A stretch of 32,000 nt of DNA from an uncultured bacterium (GTDB taxonomy: Bacteria > Patescibacteriota > Gracilibacteria > UBA1369 > PNNO01): the NCBI GenBank assembly GCA_963704705.1, contig OY969931.1, forward strand, positions 420,001 to 452,000, read 5' to 3'. This document shows positions 9,171 to 17,298 of the stretch, piece by piece; positions within the stretch are counted from its first letter, which is position 1, and every line of letters begins with the position of its first letter. The position numbers and the translations under genes are program-made. Below the pieces are notes generated by a model. It was not told the DNA's origin, did no database searches, and saw only the letters and a list, made by a program, of their open reading frames with translations.

Positions 9171-10229
9171 ATGAAGGTTCTTAACACAATTGAACTTTCT
9201 GAGAAAGCGCTAAAAGCTAATTACAAATATTATAAAAAGCTTCATTCTGAATCTGAAGTTTGCCCTGTGCTTAAATCAAATGCCTATGGGCACGGGCTTG
9301 TTGAAATAGCTAAGATGTGCGAAAAATTTAATCCGCCTTATTTAATTGTTGATAGTTTTTATGAAGCTTTTGAGCTTAAAAAAGCCGGTATAAAAACTCC
9401 AAGTTTAATCATCGGATATACTTTGCCGGAAAATTACAAACACATGTCATTTAAAAACGTGGCAATAACTGTTTTGGATATTGATACAATTAAAGCACTT
9501 GGTAAGCTGCGTAAAAAAATTAAAATTCATTTAAAAGTTGATACCGGAATGCACAGGCAGGGTGTTCCAATGGATAAAGTTGATAAAGCATTGCGCTTGA
9601 TTCGTTCATTTAAAAAACTCGAACTTGAAGGTCTTTGTACTCATTTGGCAGACGCAGATAACGATAATGGAAATTTTACAAAAACACAGGTTAAGAAATT
9701 TTTGGATGTATGTAAAAAGGTTGATGTTAAATGGAGGCATATTTCTGCCACTGCCGGAGCCGGTATTATTTTTAATAAAAAATTTAATTTGATCAGGCTC
9801 GGACTTGGGCTTTATGGCGACAGTCCTATTGAAAAATATGCCAAAAATCTAAAGCCTGTGATGCAATTTTCTTCAACAATTATTGATATAAAAGAGCTTA
9901 AAAAAGGTGAATGTGTAAGTTACGGCTGCACTTTTACTGCAAAGGGCGACATGAAAATCGGAATTATACCCGCAGGTTATTATGAAGGTGTGGATCGCAG
10001 ATTAAGCAATAAAGGGTATATGTTTTATGGCAAACATAAATGCAGAATTCTTGGCACAGTTTGTATGAATCTTACAATTATTGATATAACCCGAATTAAA
10101 GGTGCTAATAAAGGTGATAAAGTTGATTTTATTAGGGACAATATTTGTGAAATAGCTGACACATGCAAAACAATTACTTATGTAATCTGGACGCATATTG
10201 CGCCGACAATAAGAAGAGTTGTCAGATAA
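9171..10229 (+). CDS. alr: Alanine racemase
   Basis: PLP-lysine motif VCPVLKSNAYGHGL, VDTGMHRQGV, LCTHLADADN, RLGLGLYGDSP, PAGYYEGVDRRLSNKG. Likely ATG at 9171 (MKVLNTIELS) rather than 9135. Confidence 0.93.
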   Translation: MKVLNTIELSEKALKANYKYYKKLHSESEVCPVLKSNAYGHGLVEIAKMCEKFNPPYLIVDSFYEAFELKKAGIKTPSLIIGYTLPENYKHMSFKNVAITVLDIDTIKALGKLRKKIKIHLKVDTGMHRQGVPMDKVDKALRLIRSFKKLELEGLCTHLADADNDNGNFTKTQVKKFLDVCKKVDVKWRHISATAGAGIIFNKKFNLIRLGLGLYGDSPIEKYAKNLKPVMQFSSTIIDIKELKKGECVSYGCTFTAKGDMKIGIIPAGYYEGVDRRLSNKGYMFYGKHKCRILGTVCMNLTIIDITRIKGANKGDKVDFIRDNICEIADTCKTITYVIWTHIAPTIRRVVR

Positions 10230-10856
10230 TTATTCTTTGGTTAACCTTGGTTTATTAGTGAAACCTTCAGCTTGGCTTCTTTTTTTAGCATTAAAATCTG
10301 CTTGTTTTTTAACAAGTTGTTCAATTGCACTAAAAACAGCATTTTTAAGTTCAGAACATGCTTGTTTTAAATCAGGATTTTTGAAATTAGGGATTTTTAA
10401 AGCTCTGAAATTAATATTACCTTTTTCATTGATTATAAGTTCTAAAAACCAGCCTCTTGAATGAGCAGCTTCTACAATTTCGTTAAGCTTGTCCCATCTT
10501 TTGCAATTTTTGAGTTCATTAACGAGACCGTTTATATGTACAATTTGCACTCCCGGATCTCTTAAGAGATTAGCTTTTTCTTTTTCTCTTTCTTTTCTTG
10601 GCTCTTCAAGCGCAGCTTCAATTGCTGCTCTGTCTTCAGGTTTAGCCTTACTAACTAATTCTACTGCTTCCGCTATTTCAGTATTGATTGCCTGAATGTT
10701 TTGTAATAGATCCTGCACTCTTTCCTGTTCAGCTTGCTTTGCTGCTTCACGTTCCTGTTCTTTTGCCTGTGCAGCTTGCCTTGCAATATCAGCAAGACTA
10801 GGGCGTCCTCCCTGGATAACTTGTAATTCAGTTGTTTTTGATTGTTCCGGCTTCAT
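10230..10856 (-). CDS. Hypothetical coiled-coil protein (208 aa)
   Basis: Long ORF with Ala/Glu/Lys-rich helical sequence and no recognised domain. Its stop abuts the alr stop. Confidence 0.65.
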   Translation of the reverse strand: MKPEQSKTTELQVIQGGRPSLADIARQAAQAKEQEREAAKQAEQERVQDLLQNIQAINTEIAEAVELVSKAKPEDRAAIEAALEEPRKEREKEKANLLRDPGVQIVHINGLVNELKNCKRWDKLNEIVEAAHSRGWFLELIINEKGNINFRALKIPNFKNPDLKQACSELKNAVFSAIEQLVKKQADFNAKKRSQAEGFTNKPRLTKE

Positions 10857-10972
10857 AATTAAATGTATTAATAATAAAAGGAGTATATGGTAATATATTT
10901 AAAAAGATATGTCAAGTGCTAAATAAATATATCAAAACTACCATTAATTTAAAGCCGAAAACAACTTTTTCA

Positions 10973-12268
10973 TTACGGAGTTAATCTTGAAATCATCCTT
11001 GGGAATGGAATTGTTTCGCGAATATGCTGAGTTCCGCAAAGCCATCCGGTAATTCTTTCAAGTCCATATCCAAATCCACTATGTGGAACTGAGCCGTATT
11101 TTCGTAAATCCAAATACCAGTCGAAAGCTTCAACGGGTAGATTGTGTTCTTTAATGCGTCTTAATAAAGTTGCATAGTCGTCTTCACGCTGCGAGCCGCC
11201 GATAATTTCTCCATAACCCTCAGGTGCAAGTAAGTCGCTGCATAAAGCCACAGAATCGTTTTCTGGGTCGCGTTTCATATAAAAAGCTTTTACTTCCGCC
11301 GGGTATTTTTCAACAAAAATCGGATTATCGTATTTTTCTGTAAGCATTGTTTCATCATCAGCACCCAAATCATCATTTGATTTTATATCAGAGCCCATTT
11401 CCTGAAGTTCTTTTACAACTTCAGCATGTGTTTTGCGAATAAATGGTGCTTTAATTTTCTCCAAAGGCGCTGTGTCTCTTTCCAAAATTTTTAATTCTTT
11501 GCGATTTTTCTCCAAAACACGTTTAATTATATGAAGAATCAAGCCTTCCTGAATTTTCATATTTTCTTCATGTTCAACAAATGCAGCTTCAGCATCCATC
11601 ATCCAGAATTCAGTTAAATGGCGACGTGTTTTTGATTTCTCTGCTCTGAAAACAGGTCCAAAATCAAAACATCTGCCCACAGAATATATCGCAGCTTCAA
11701 TATAAAGCTGGCCTGACTGGCTTAAATATGCGCTTCCTTCATCAAAATAATTTATTTCAAAAAGCTCTGTTGTTCCTTCGCAGGCATTAGGAGTAAGAAT
11801 CGGCGAATCTATTTTAATGAATCCTTCATTATTCAGATATTCGTAAGTTGCATTAATTATTGTATTTCTTACTTTTTGAATTGCCCACTGTTTGCTTGAT
11901 CTAAGCCATAAATGACGGTTATTTAACAAAAAGTCAGGGCCGTGTTCTTTTTTTGAAATTGGATATTCCTCTGTATTTAAGTGAAGAATATCAATATCTT
12001 TAACCTGGAGTTCAAAAACATCATCAAATTTTGGATGTTTTGTTACTTCACCGGTTATGCTTAAAGCTGATTCCATGGTTAGTTCTTCGCCTTTTTTAAA
12101 TACATCGTCACTTACATTATCCTGAAAAACAATTCCCTGAATCATTCCACTGCCGTCACGTAATTCAAGAAAGTGAATTTTACCGCTTGAGCGTTTATTA
12201 AACATCCATCCGCGAACAGTTACTTCTTTGCCAACATGTTCACTAATTTTTTCGATTGAAACTATCAT
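10973..12268 (-). CDS. asnS: Asparaginyl-tRNA synthetase (archaeal-like AsnRS style)
   Basis: OB-fold N-terminus VTVRGWMFNKRSSGKIHFLELRDGSG; TPNACEGTTELFEINYF; SGQLYIEAA; FGPVFRAEKSKTRRHLTEFWMMDAE; C-terminal WYLDLRKYGSVPHSGFGYGLERITGWLCG...HIRETIPFPR. Confidence 0.9.
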   Translation of the reverse strand: MIVSIEKISEHVGKEVTVRGWMFNKRSSGKIHFLELRDGSGMIQGIVFQDNVSDDVFKKGEELTMESALSITGEVTKHPKFDDVFELQVKDIDILHLNTEEYPISKKEHGPDFLLNNRHLWLRSSKQWAIQKVRNTIINATYEYLNNEGFIKIDSPILTPNACEGTTELFEINYFDEGSAYLSQSGQLYIEAAIYSVGRCFDFGPVFRAEKSKTRRHLTEFWMMDAEAAFVEHEENMKIQEGLILHIIKRVLEKNRKELKILERDTAPLEKIKAPFIRKTHAEVVKELQEMGSDIKSNDDLGADDETMLTEKYDNPIFVEKYPAEVKAFYMKRDPENDSVALCSDLLAPEGYGEIIGGSQREDDYATLLRRIKEHNLPVEAFDWYLDLRKYGSVPHSGFGYGLERITGWLCGTQHIRETIPFPRMISRLTP

Positions 12269-12343
12269 AATTTTTTAATTATTAACCTTGGTAACTTTAA
12301 TAGAGCCTTAAATTTAATGCAAGCCCTTTAAGAAAAGCTAAAA

Positions 12344-12355
12344 TTATGGTATAAT
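12344..12355 (+). promoter_or_regulatory. Extended -10 promoter element (TTATGGTATAAT)
   Basis: TG-N-TATAAT 20 nt upstream of ATG 12376. The identical 12-mer occurs at 30212-30223. Confidence 0.6.
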
Positions 12356-12375
12356 TTGTATAGTTAAAAACAAAA

Positions 12376-12978
12376 ATGCAAAAACTAAAAACATTCACAT
12401 TTAGCGTAACTTTAAATATAATCCTGATAATTATTATTTTATTGGGACTTGCTTATATATTTGTTCAACCTGATTTAAGCAATTTTCAGGGTTCCAGTTT
12501 TACTATTGATGGTGAATTAAAACCAGCTGCAGATGAAAAAGTAGGAGCAATAACTGTTGAGTACAATTATGAAAATCCTAAAATTAATGATCAGGAATTT
12601 ATAATCGGTTCAATAAATATAACAAATGAATATGAGCCAGTATTTATTTACGGAATAAATTTTGAAATTGAGGGTGATTTAACCAAAGAAAATATTGAGA
12701 ATTTAAAGGTGATGGTAGACAAAGAAGAGTACAAGGGAGTCGAAATAGCCTGGAAGGGTGAATCTTCATTAATTGTAAATTTTATTGATAAACCAATTGA
12801 AGTTAATGGATTAACTAAAATAGAATTGGATGCCAAGGTCAGAGGATTAAAAACCGGTACATCAGCAAAAGCGCATTTCATCAATCTTAATGCTGAAGGT
12901 GAAAATACTCAGCAGCATATTTCAAATATTGGACTACTGGGTGGCGCTGAGCCAATTCCACAATCAATTAATTTTTAA
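12376..12978 (+). CDS. Membrane-anchored hypothetical protein with predicted beta-rich ectodomain
   Basis: N-terminal TM TFTFSVTLNIILIIIILLGLAYIFV, then alternating hydrophobic beta-like sequence. No family recognised. Confidence 0.7.
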   Translation: MQKLKTFTFSVTLNIILIIIILLGLAYIFVQPDLSNFQGSSFTIDGELKPAADEKVGAITVEYNYENPKINDQEFIIGSINITNEYEPVFIYGINFEIEGDLTKENIENLKVMVDKEEYKGVEIAWKGESSLIVNFIDKPIEVNGLTKIELDAKVRGLKTGTSAKAHFINLNAEGENTQQHISNIGLLGGAEPIPQSINF

Positions 12979-12986
12979 TTTTAAAT

Positions 12987-13787
12987 ATGAAAAAATCAAA
13001 TTTCAGTTGCGACATAGAACCTCCAAAACAAAAAAAATCAAAAGTGTTACCGGTTGCTTTGATATCACTTGCTATACTTTTTGTTGGCGGTATCACAGGT
13101 GCTTATTTCTATCTTGGACAACCTGATTTTGTATCAGATGTTCCTCCTACTCTGGATTTAATCGGAAGTAAATTTCAGGGCCAATCAATAGGTGACCAAC
13201 TTGGCAGTTTGGTCTTTGATCAAACCGATGTTGATACTTTTAGCGCTCCTGCAAACGCGAATTTTAAAACCGCTACAAAAGGGGTGCAGTATTATTATTC
13301 TGAACAGGAAATAACGGTTGATGAATTGATAAAAAATATTAAACCTGAGGCTGGCTTACAGATATTAATTGCTTTTTATAGTCCTGGCGAAACAGAATTG
13401 GGAACTAATAAATGTTATTATATTTATCCTACAGGCCCATATAGCGAAACCTGCGAAATACAGAATTTAATGAATTTCAAAATACCAAAAGGCAGAGGAT
13501 ATGCAGTTATAGGCAGCAAAGATTTTGAGTACAATTCTAATCTTATAAAGAATGCAAAAACTACTCCTTCTGTTGATTATCTTGAAAACTTCAAATCAAA
13601 TGAAGGTTGGGTTTTATTACCGGTTAAAGATCAAAATACACTTAAAACAAGCCTTTCAAATAATGTTTGGGTGCTTTCTGCTGATAATCAGTTTGTTAAA
13701 GCGGATGCAACAAATCTTACTTTGAAAAACAATTATACAATGGCGTGGTTCAAAATTGCGCCTAAGGATGTTTATCAGACTAGATAG
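12987..13787 (+). CDS. Membrane-anchored hypothetical protein
   Basis: Short basic N-terminus, single TM (VLPVALISLAILFVGGITGAYFYLG), extracytoplasmic domain. Lies 8 nt downstream of the preceding gene with the same topology. Confidence 0.7.
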   Translation: MKKSNFSCDIEPPKQKKSKVLPVALISLAILFVGGITGAYFYLGQPDFVSDVPPTLDLIGSKFQGQSIGDQLGSLVFDQTDVDTFSAPANANFKTATKGVQYYYSEQEITVDELIKNIKPEAGLQILIAFYSPGETELGTNKCYYIYPTGPYSETCEIQNLMNFKIPKGRGYAVIGSKDFEYNSNLIKNAKTTPSVDYLENFKSNEGWVLLPVKDQNTLKTSLSNNVWVLSADNQFVKADATNLTLKNNYTMAWFKIAPKDVYQTR

Positions 13788-14841
13788 GGGCTTTTTCTAT
13801 TAAAGCTTTTAGTTTGTCTATGCCCAAACCTGTCCTTGCAGACACTTTAACTGATTTGGCTTTTTTGATTTTAAAGTAAGGGTTTTGATCAAGTTTATTG
13901 TAAACATAGATTTTAGGCTTTCCTGCACAGCCCAATTCATTCAAAATGCTTTCAACCACTTTGATTTTATCAGTCATATTAGGGTCGCTTGCATCAATAA
14001 CATGCAGTAAAAGATCGGCTTCTCTAACTTCATCAAGTGTTGCCATAAAAGATTTAATCAAAAAAGGAGGAAGGTCTTTAATAAAACCGATTGTATCTGC
14101 AACAAGCACTTTTTCCTGAATATTTGGCAGCCAAAGGTCACCGATTTTTGTGTCCAAAGTGGCAAAAAGCTCATCAGCTATATATACCTTTTCTTTGTGT
14201 GTAAGTGTTTTTAATAAGGTTGATTTGCCGCTGTTTGTATAACCTACAAGTGCGATGGTTTTTAAGCCTTTTCTTTTGCGGACATTTCGCTGACCTTCAT
14301 GAACTTGCCTAATTCTAGATAATTTCTTTTCAACATCTTTTATTCTAACTCTTAAGTAGCGCTTTTTTGTTTCAAGATATTTTTCACCAGGACCTCTTGT
14401 GGCGATTCCACCTCCCAAACGAGATAAACGGGTGCCATGGCCGTATAATTTTGGGAATTCATGATTCAAAGTCGCAAGTTCAATCTGCAATCTTGCTTCT
14501 TCGGTTTTCGCATGTTTATCAAAAATTTTTAAAATCAAATCAACGCGATCCCAAACAGGAATTTTAAATAAGGTAAATAAATACTGCACCTGATTCGGCT
14601 TGAGAATGCCGTTAACTACAATCATATCGATTTCTTCATCTTTTGTAATTTCAAGAACCTCCAGGGTTTTGCCTGTTCCCAAGTAAGTTTTCATTGAAGG
14701 TCTTCCTCTTTTTTGAATAATTTTAACAACAACAATTCCTCCGTAAGTATCAACAAGACGCGAAAGTTCTTCAAGATCCTGCTGCGTCTTTTTTAAAGAC
14801 GCATCTTTTGGAATTACATCAATAAGTACAGCTCTTTTCAT
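13780..14841 (-). CDS. hflX: GTPase HflX
   Basis: GRPSMKTYLGTGK, VWDRVDLILKIFDKHAKTEEARLQIELA, GGGIATRGPGE, G1 GYTNSGKSTLL, DTIGFIKDLP, YNKLD. Confidence 0.93.
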   Translation of the reverse strand: MKRAVLIDVIPKDASLKKTQQDLEELSRLVDTYGGIVVVKIIQKRGRPSMKTYLGTGKTLEVLEITKDEEIDMIVVNGILKPNQVQYLFTLFKIPVWDRVDLILKIFDKHAKTEEARLQIELATLNHEFPKLYGHGTRLSRLGGGIATRGPGEKYLETKKRYLRVRIKDVEKKLSRIRQVHEGQRNVRKRKGLKTIALVGYTNSGKSTLLKTLTHKEKVYIADELFATLDTKIGDLWLPNIQEKVLVADTIGFIKDLPPFLIKSFMATLDEVREADLLLHVIDASDPNMTDKIKVVESILNELGCAGKPKIYVYNKLDQNPYFKIKKAKSVKVSARTGLGIDKLKALIEKAPI

Positions 14842-15291
14842 TTATGGTAAAAGTTGCATTACAATTTGATTCACTAGTTTGCCATCAGCTTTTCCTTTTA
14901 ATTTGGGCATGATTGCTCCCATTACTTTACCCATATCAGCTTTGCTGGTCGCACCTGTATCTGCGATGCCTTCTTCAATGATTTTGCGAACTTCATCTTC
15001 ACTCATTTGTTCCGGAAGATATGTTTGAAGAATTTTGGCTTCGTTGGCTTCTGTATCAGCCATTTCCGCTCTGCCTCCGTCACGAAATTGCTGTTCTGAA
15101 TCTTTGCGTTGTTTAACCTGCTTTTGGATGATAGAAATTACATCTTCATCAGTTGCATCTTTTTTTGGACCGCCTGAAACTTCAAATTTCATGATTTCCG
15201 CTTTAAGCATTCTGAGTGTGCTTACTTCAGCTTCTTTTTTTGCTTTTATAGCTTCGATTAAATCAGAATATATTTTTTCTTTTAATGTCAT
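14842..15291 (-). CDS. yqeY: GatB/YqeY domain-containing protein
   Basis: LKEKIYSDLIEAIKAKKEAEVSTLRMLKAEI...QEAKILQTYLPEQMSEDEVRKIIEE...MGKVMGAIMPKLKGKADGKLVNQIV is typical of YqeY. Abuts hflX with 0 nt. Confidence 0.9.
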   Translation of the reverse strand: MTLKEKIYSDLIEAIKAKKEAEVSTLRMLKAEIMKFEVSGGPKKDATDEDVISIIQKQVKQRKDSEQQFRDGGRAEMADTEANEAKILQTYLPEQMSEDEVRKIIEEGIADTGATSKADMGKVMGAIMPKLKGKADGKLVNQIVMQLLP

Positions 15292-15347
15292 AATAAAAAG
15301 TTTAATTAATGTAATTACTTTAACAGATCATTAATATAAGTGAAATG

Positions 15348-15375
15348 TTGACATCTTTGCAAAAAGCTTTATACT
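15348..15375 (+). promoter_or_regulatory. Consensus sigma70 promoter upstream of the 632-aa protein gene
   Basis: TTGACA (15348-15353) - 16 nt - TATACT (15370-15375), 27 nt before ATG 15403. Confidence 0.8.
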
Positions 15376-15402
15376 CACAACCTGTTTTTAACGCGCTTAT
15401 TG

Positions 15403-17298
15403 ATGGCAGAAAAATTAGATCAAAATTTAGAGATTGATGAAATTAAAGAACAACTGGAATCCAATGGCATTGTTTCTGAATTATCAGAACAAACAAATAC
15501 TGAAACTCTTGCGCAGAATGTAGAGATGGATATTTTAACAGAACAAGTTCAGGCAATTTACAGTGATGCCCAGGCAGCTCAAATATTACGGCCGCTTGAT
15601 GATGATGAAGAAGTGCGTTTTTCTTTACAATATCCTGAAAGGATTTTTACTGAAAGTTATTGCAGGCCAAGCCATGTTTTTGTACCGCAAAATGGAAAAG
15701 CAGCAAATCTTCAGGAATTGGCTGTTTTTTATCATAAAGTCCCTTTATCACCGTTGCTTTTTCAGGATAGTTTATTGGAAAACGCTTTTGGAGTTGAATT
15801 TCAACATAAACAACATACCGAAGAAGGTTTAAGGGAACGCCAATCTTATTTCGCACTTTTACGCATGCTGTTTGCAAAAATGACTTCACTTCCGCATCAA
15901 AATAAATATAAGCGAGATAGAAATAGAATAAGAAGAATTTTTGTATTACCTGTTAAGCAGGCTAAAGGTAAGATTTTAGTCACAAGGATGGCTCCGGACA
16001 GACGCATAAACAGTGTGTATTCTGATATTTACAGTGCATATCGAGCTCAATCACATATATTAAATAATTATGACGGAACAATTTCTGAAAATGATGCTGT
16101 AGAAGTAGGGGAGTTTAGATCATTACTTAATTTAACCGATAAATTACATCTTTTAATTTCATTTATTCAAAGATGGAAAAGTTCTTCTTCAGAAGAGAGA
16201 CAATCAATGGTAAAAATTTTAGAAGAAACAAAAGATCTTCTTGCAAATTCACAAAACAGGCTTAAAGAAAGTGCTTTGGGCAGGGCAGAATCTTCAGTTA
16301 ATTTTACTGATTCAAGAGGACAAATTAATCCTTGTGCAACAGCTCCGAAAATTTTAGCCATGGCAAAGGATCTTTTTGCAAGACTCGATCAGGTTCTTTC
16401 AATTAGAAGTAAAATCACACATGATAAACAAATTTTAGATACTGTTTTAAGTCCTATCCATTCGACTTTTTATTCAGGTACACTTGAATTGGGAAGTGTG
16501 CTTGAGGGTGATTATTTTAATGAAATTGATACGGAAGACCCGCATAGTTATGGAAACGTTAAATATAAATGTGCATTGGTTAACAGAGAATTATTTAAGA
16601 GCAGTGGTGTTTTAAGACAATTGGATGAAATGGTTAGCGATAAGCATATGCCTGCACCTTTTTTCCAATATGCCGCAGCTGTATTGTCTAATTATGATGT
16701 TGTCAGAAGGCTTAATGAATACATTGATCAACAAAAGAACGAAATGACCCCATACAGATTAAAGGAACTTCATGATGAATTATGTAAACATGCGATTGTT
16801 GGATATATTGTAATGAAATACCAATTTATACATCGTACTTACCATGAAATTCTCACACATATTTTGGAAGACCCGGAAAAAGTTGATTATAATGAGGAAA
16901 GAAAACGATTAAACGCATTGAATGTCAGGTTGCGACCTCATGAATATCAAAAAGACTTTGATTTAAGGGAAGATTTGAAAATTGATTTGCCCGGATTAAT
17001 AGGACTTTATGAGCATATTCAATTTGTTATTGCAAAAATTACTGAATATAATAAACGTAAACTTGAATTGCAGTATGAACTTACACCATTGGAATTAAAA
17101 GCAGATGAAGAAATCGCTACCGAAGAACAAGCAGAAAGAATTGTTGAATTAAAATCGCAGTTCACACAGTTAACAATAGATTTTAGAGAAGAGATAAGAT
17201 CTATTATGAAAGATTTTGATTTCAATGAATTGATAAAAGAAGCAACTGTTGATGAGCCTGAAACCAAAGTAGATGTATTTATTTCGCAGCTTTCCTAA
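15403..17298 (+). CDS. Large hypothetical, mostly helical protein (~631 aa)
   Basis: Uninterrupted long ORF with a strong promoter. ATG at 15403; the track start at 15400 is TTG. No recognisable family, signal peptide or TM. Confidence 0.85.
   Translation: MAEKLDQNLEIDEIKEQLESNGIVSELSEQTNTETLAQNVEMDILTEQVQAIYSDAQAAQILRPLDDDEEVRFSLQYPERIFTESYCRPSHVFVPQNGKAANLQELAVFYHKVPLSPLLFQDSLLENAFGVEFQHKQHTEEGLRERQSYFALLRMLFAKMTSLPHQNKYKRDRNRIRRIFVLPVKQAKGKILVTRMAPDRRINSVYSDIYSAYRAQSHILNNYDGTISENDAVEVGEFRSLLNLTDKLHLLISFIQRWKSSSSEERQSMVKILEETKDLLANSQNRLKESALGRAESSVNFTDSRGQINPCATAPKILAMAKDLFARLDQVLSIRSKITHDKQILDTVLSPIHSTFYSGTLELGSVLEGDYFNEIDTEDPHSYGNVKYKCALVNRELFKSSGVLRQLDEMVSDKHMPAPFFQYAAAVLSNYDVVRRLNEYIDQQKNEMTPYRLKELHDELCKHAIVGYIVMKYQFIHRTYHEILTHILEDPEKVDYNEERKRLNALNVRLRPHEYQKDFDLREDLKIDLPGLIGLYEHIQFVIAKITEYNKRKLELQYELTPLELKADEEIATEEQAERIVELKSQFTQLTIDFREEIRSIMKDFDFNELIKEATVDEPETKVDVFISQLS

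Noticed and set aside
10219-10893. ORFs 10219..10464, 10489..10695 and 10696..10893 (+)
   Set aside because: Cys/Ser/Ala-rich antisense frames of the minus-strand helical protein. The minus-strand ORF has far more natural composition.
15035-15334. ORF 15035..15334 (+) antisense to yqeY
   Set aside because: Ser-rich frame opposite a confidently identified YqeY gene.
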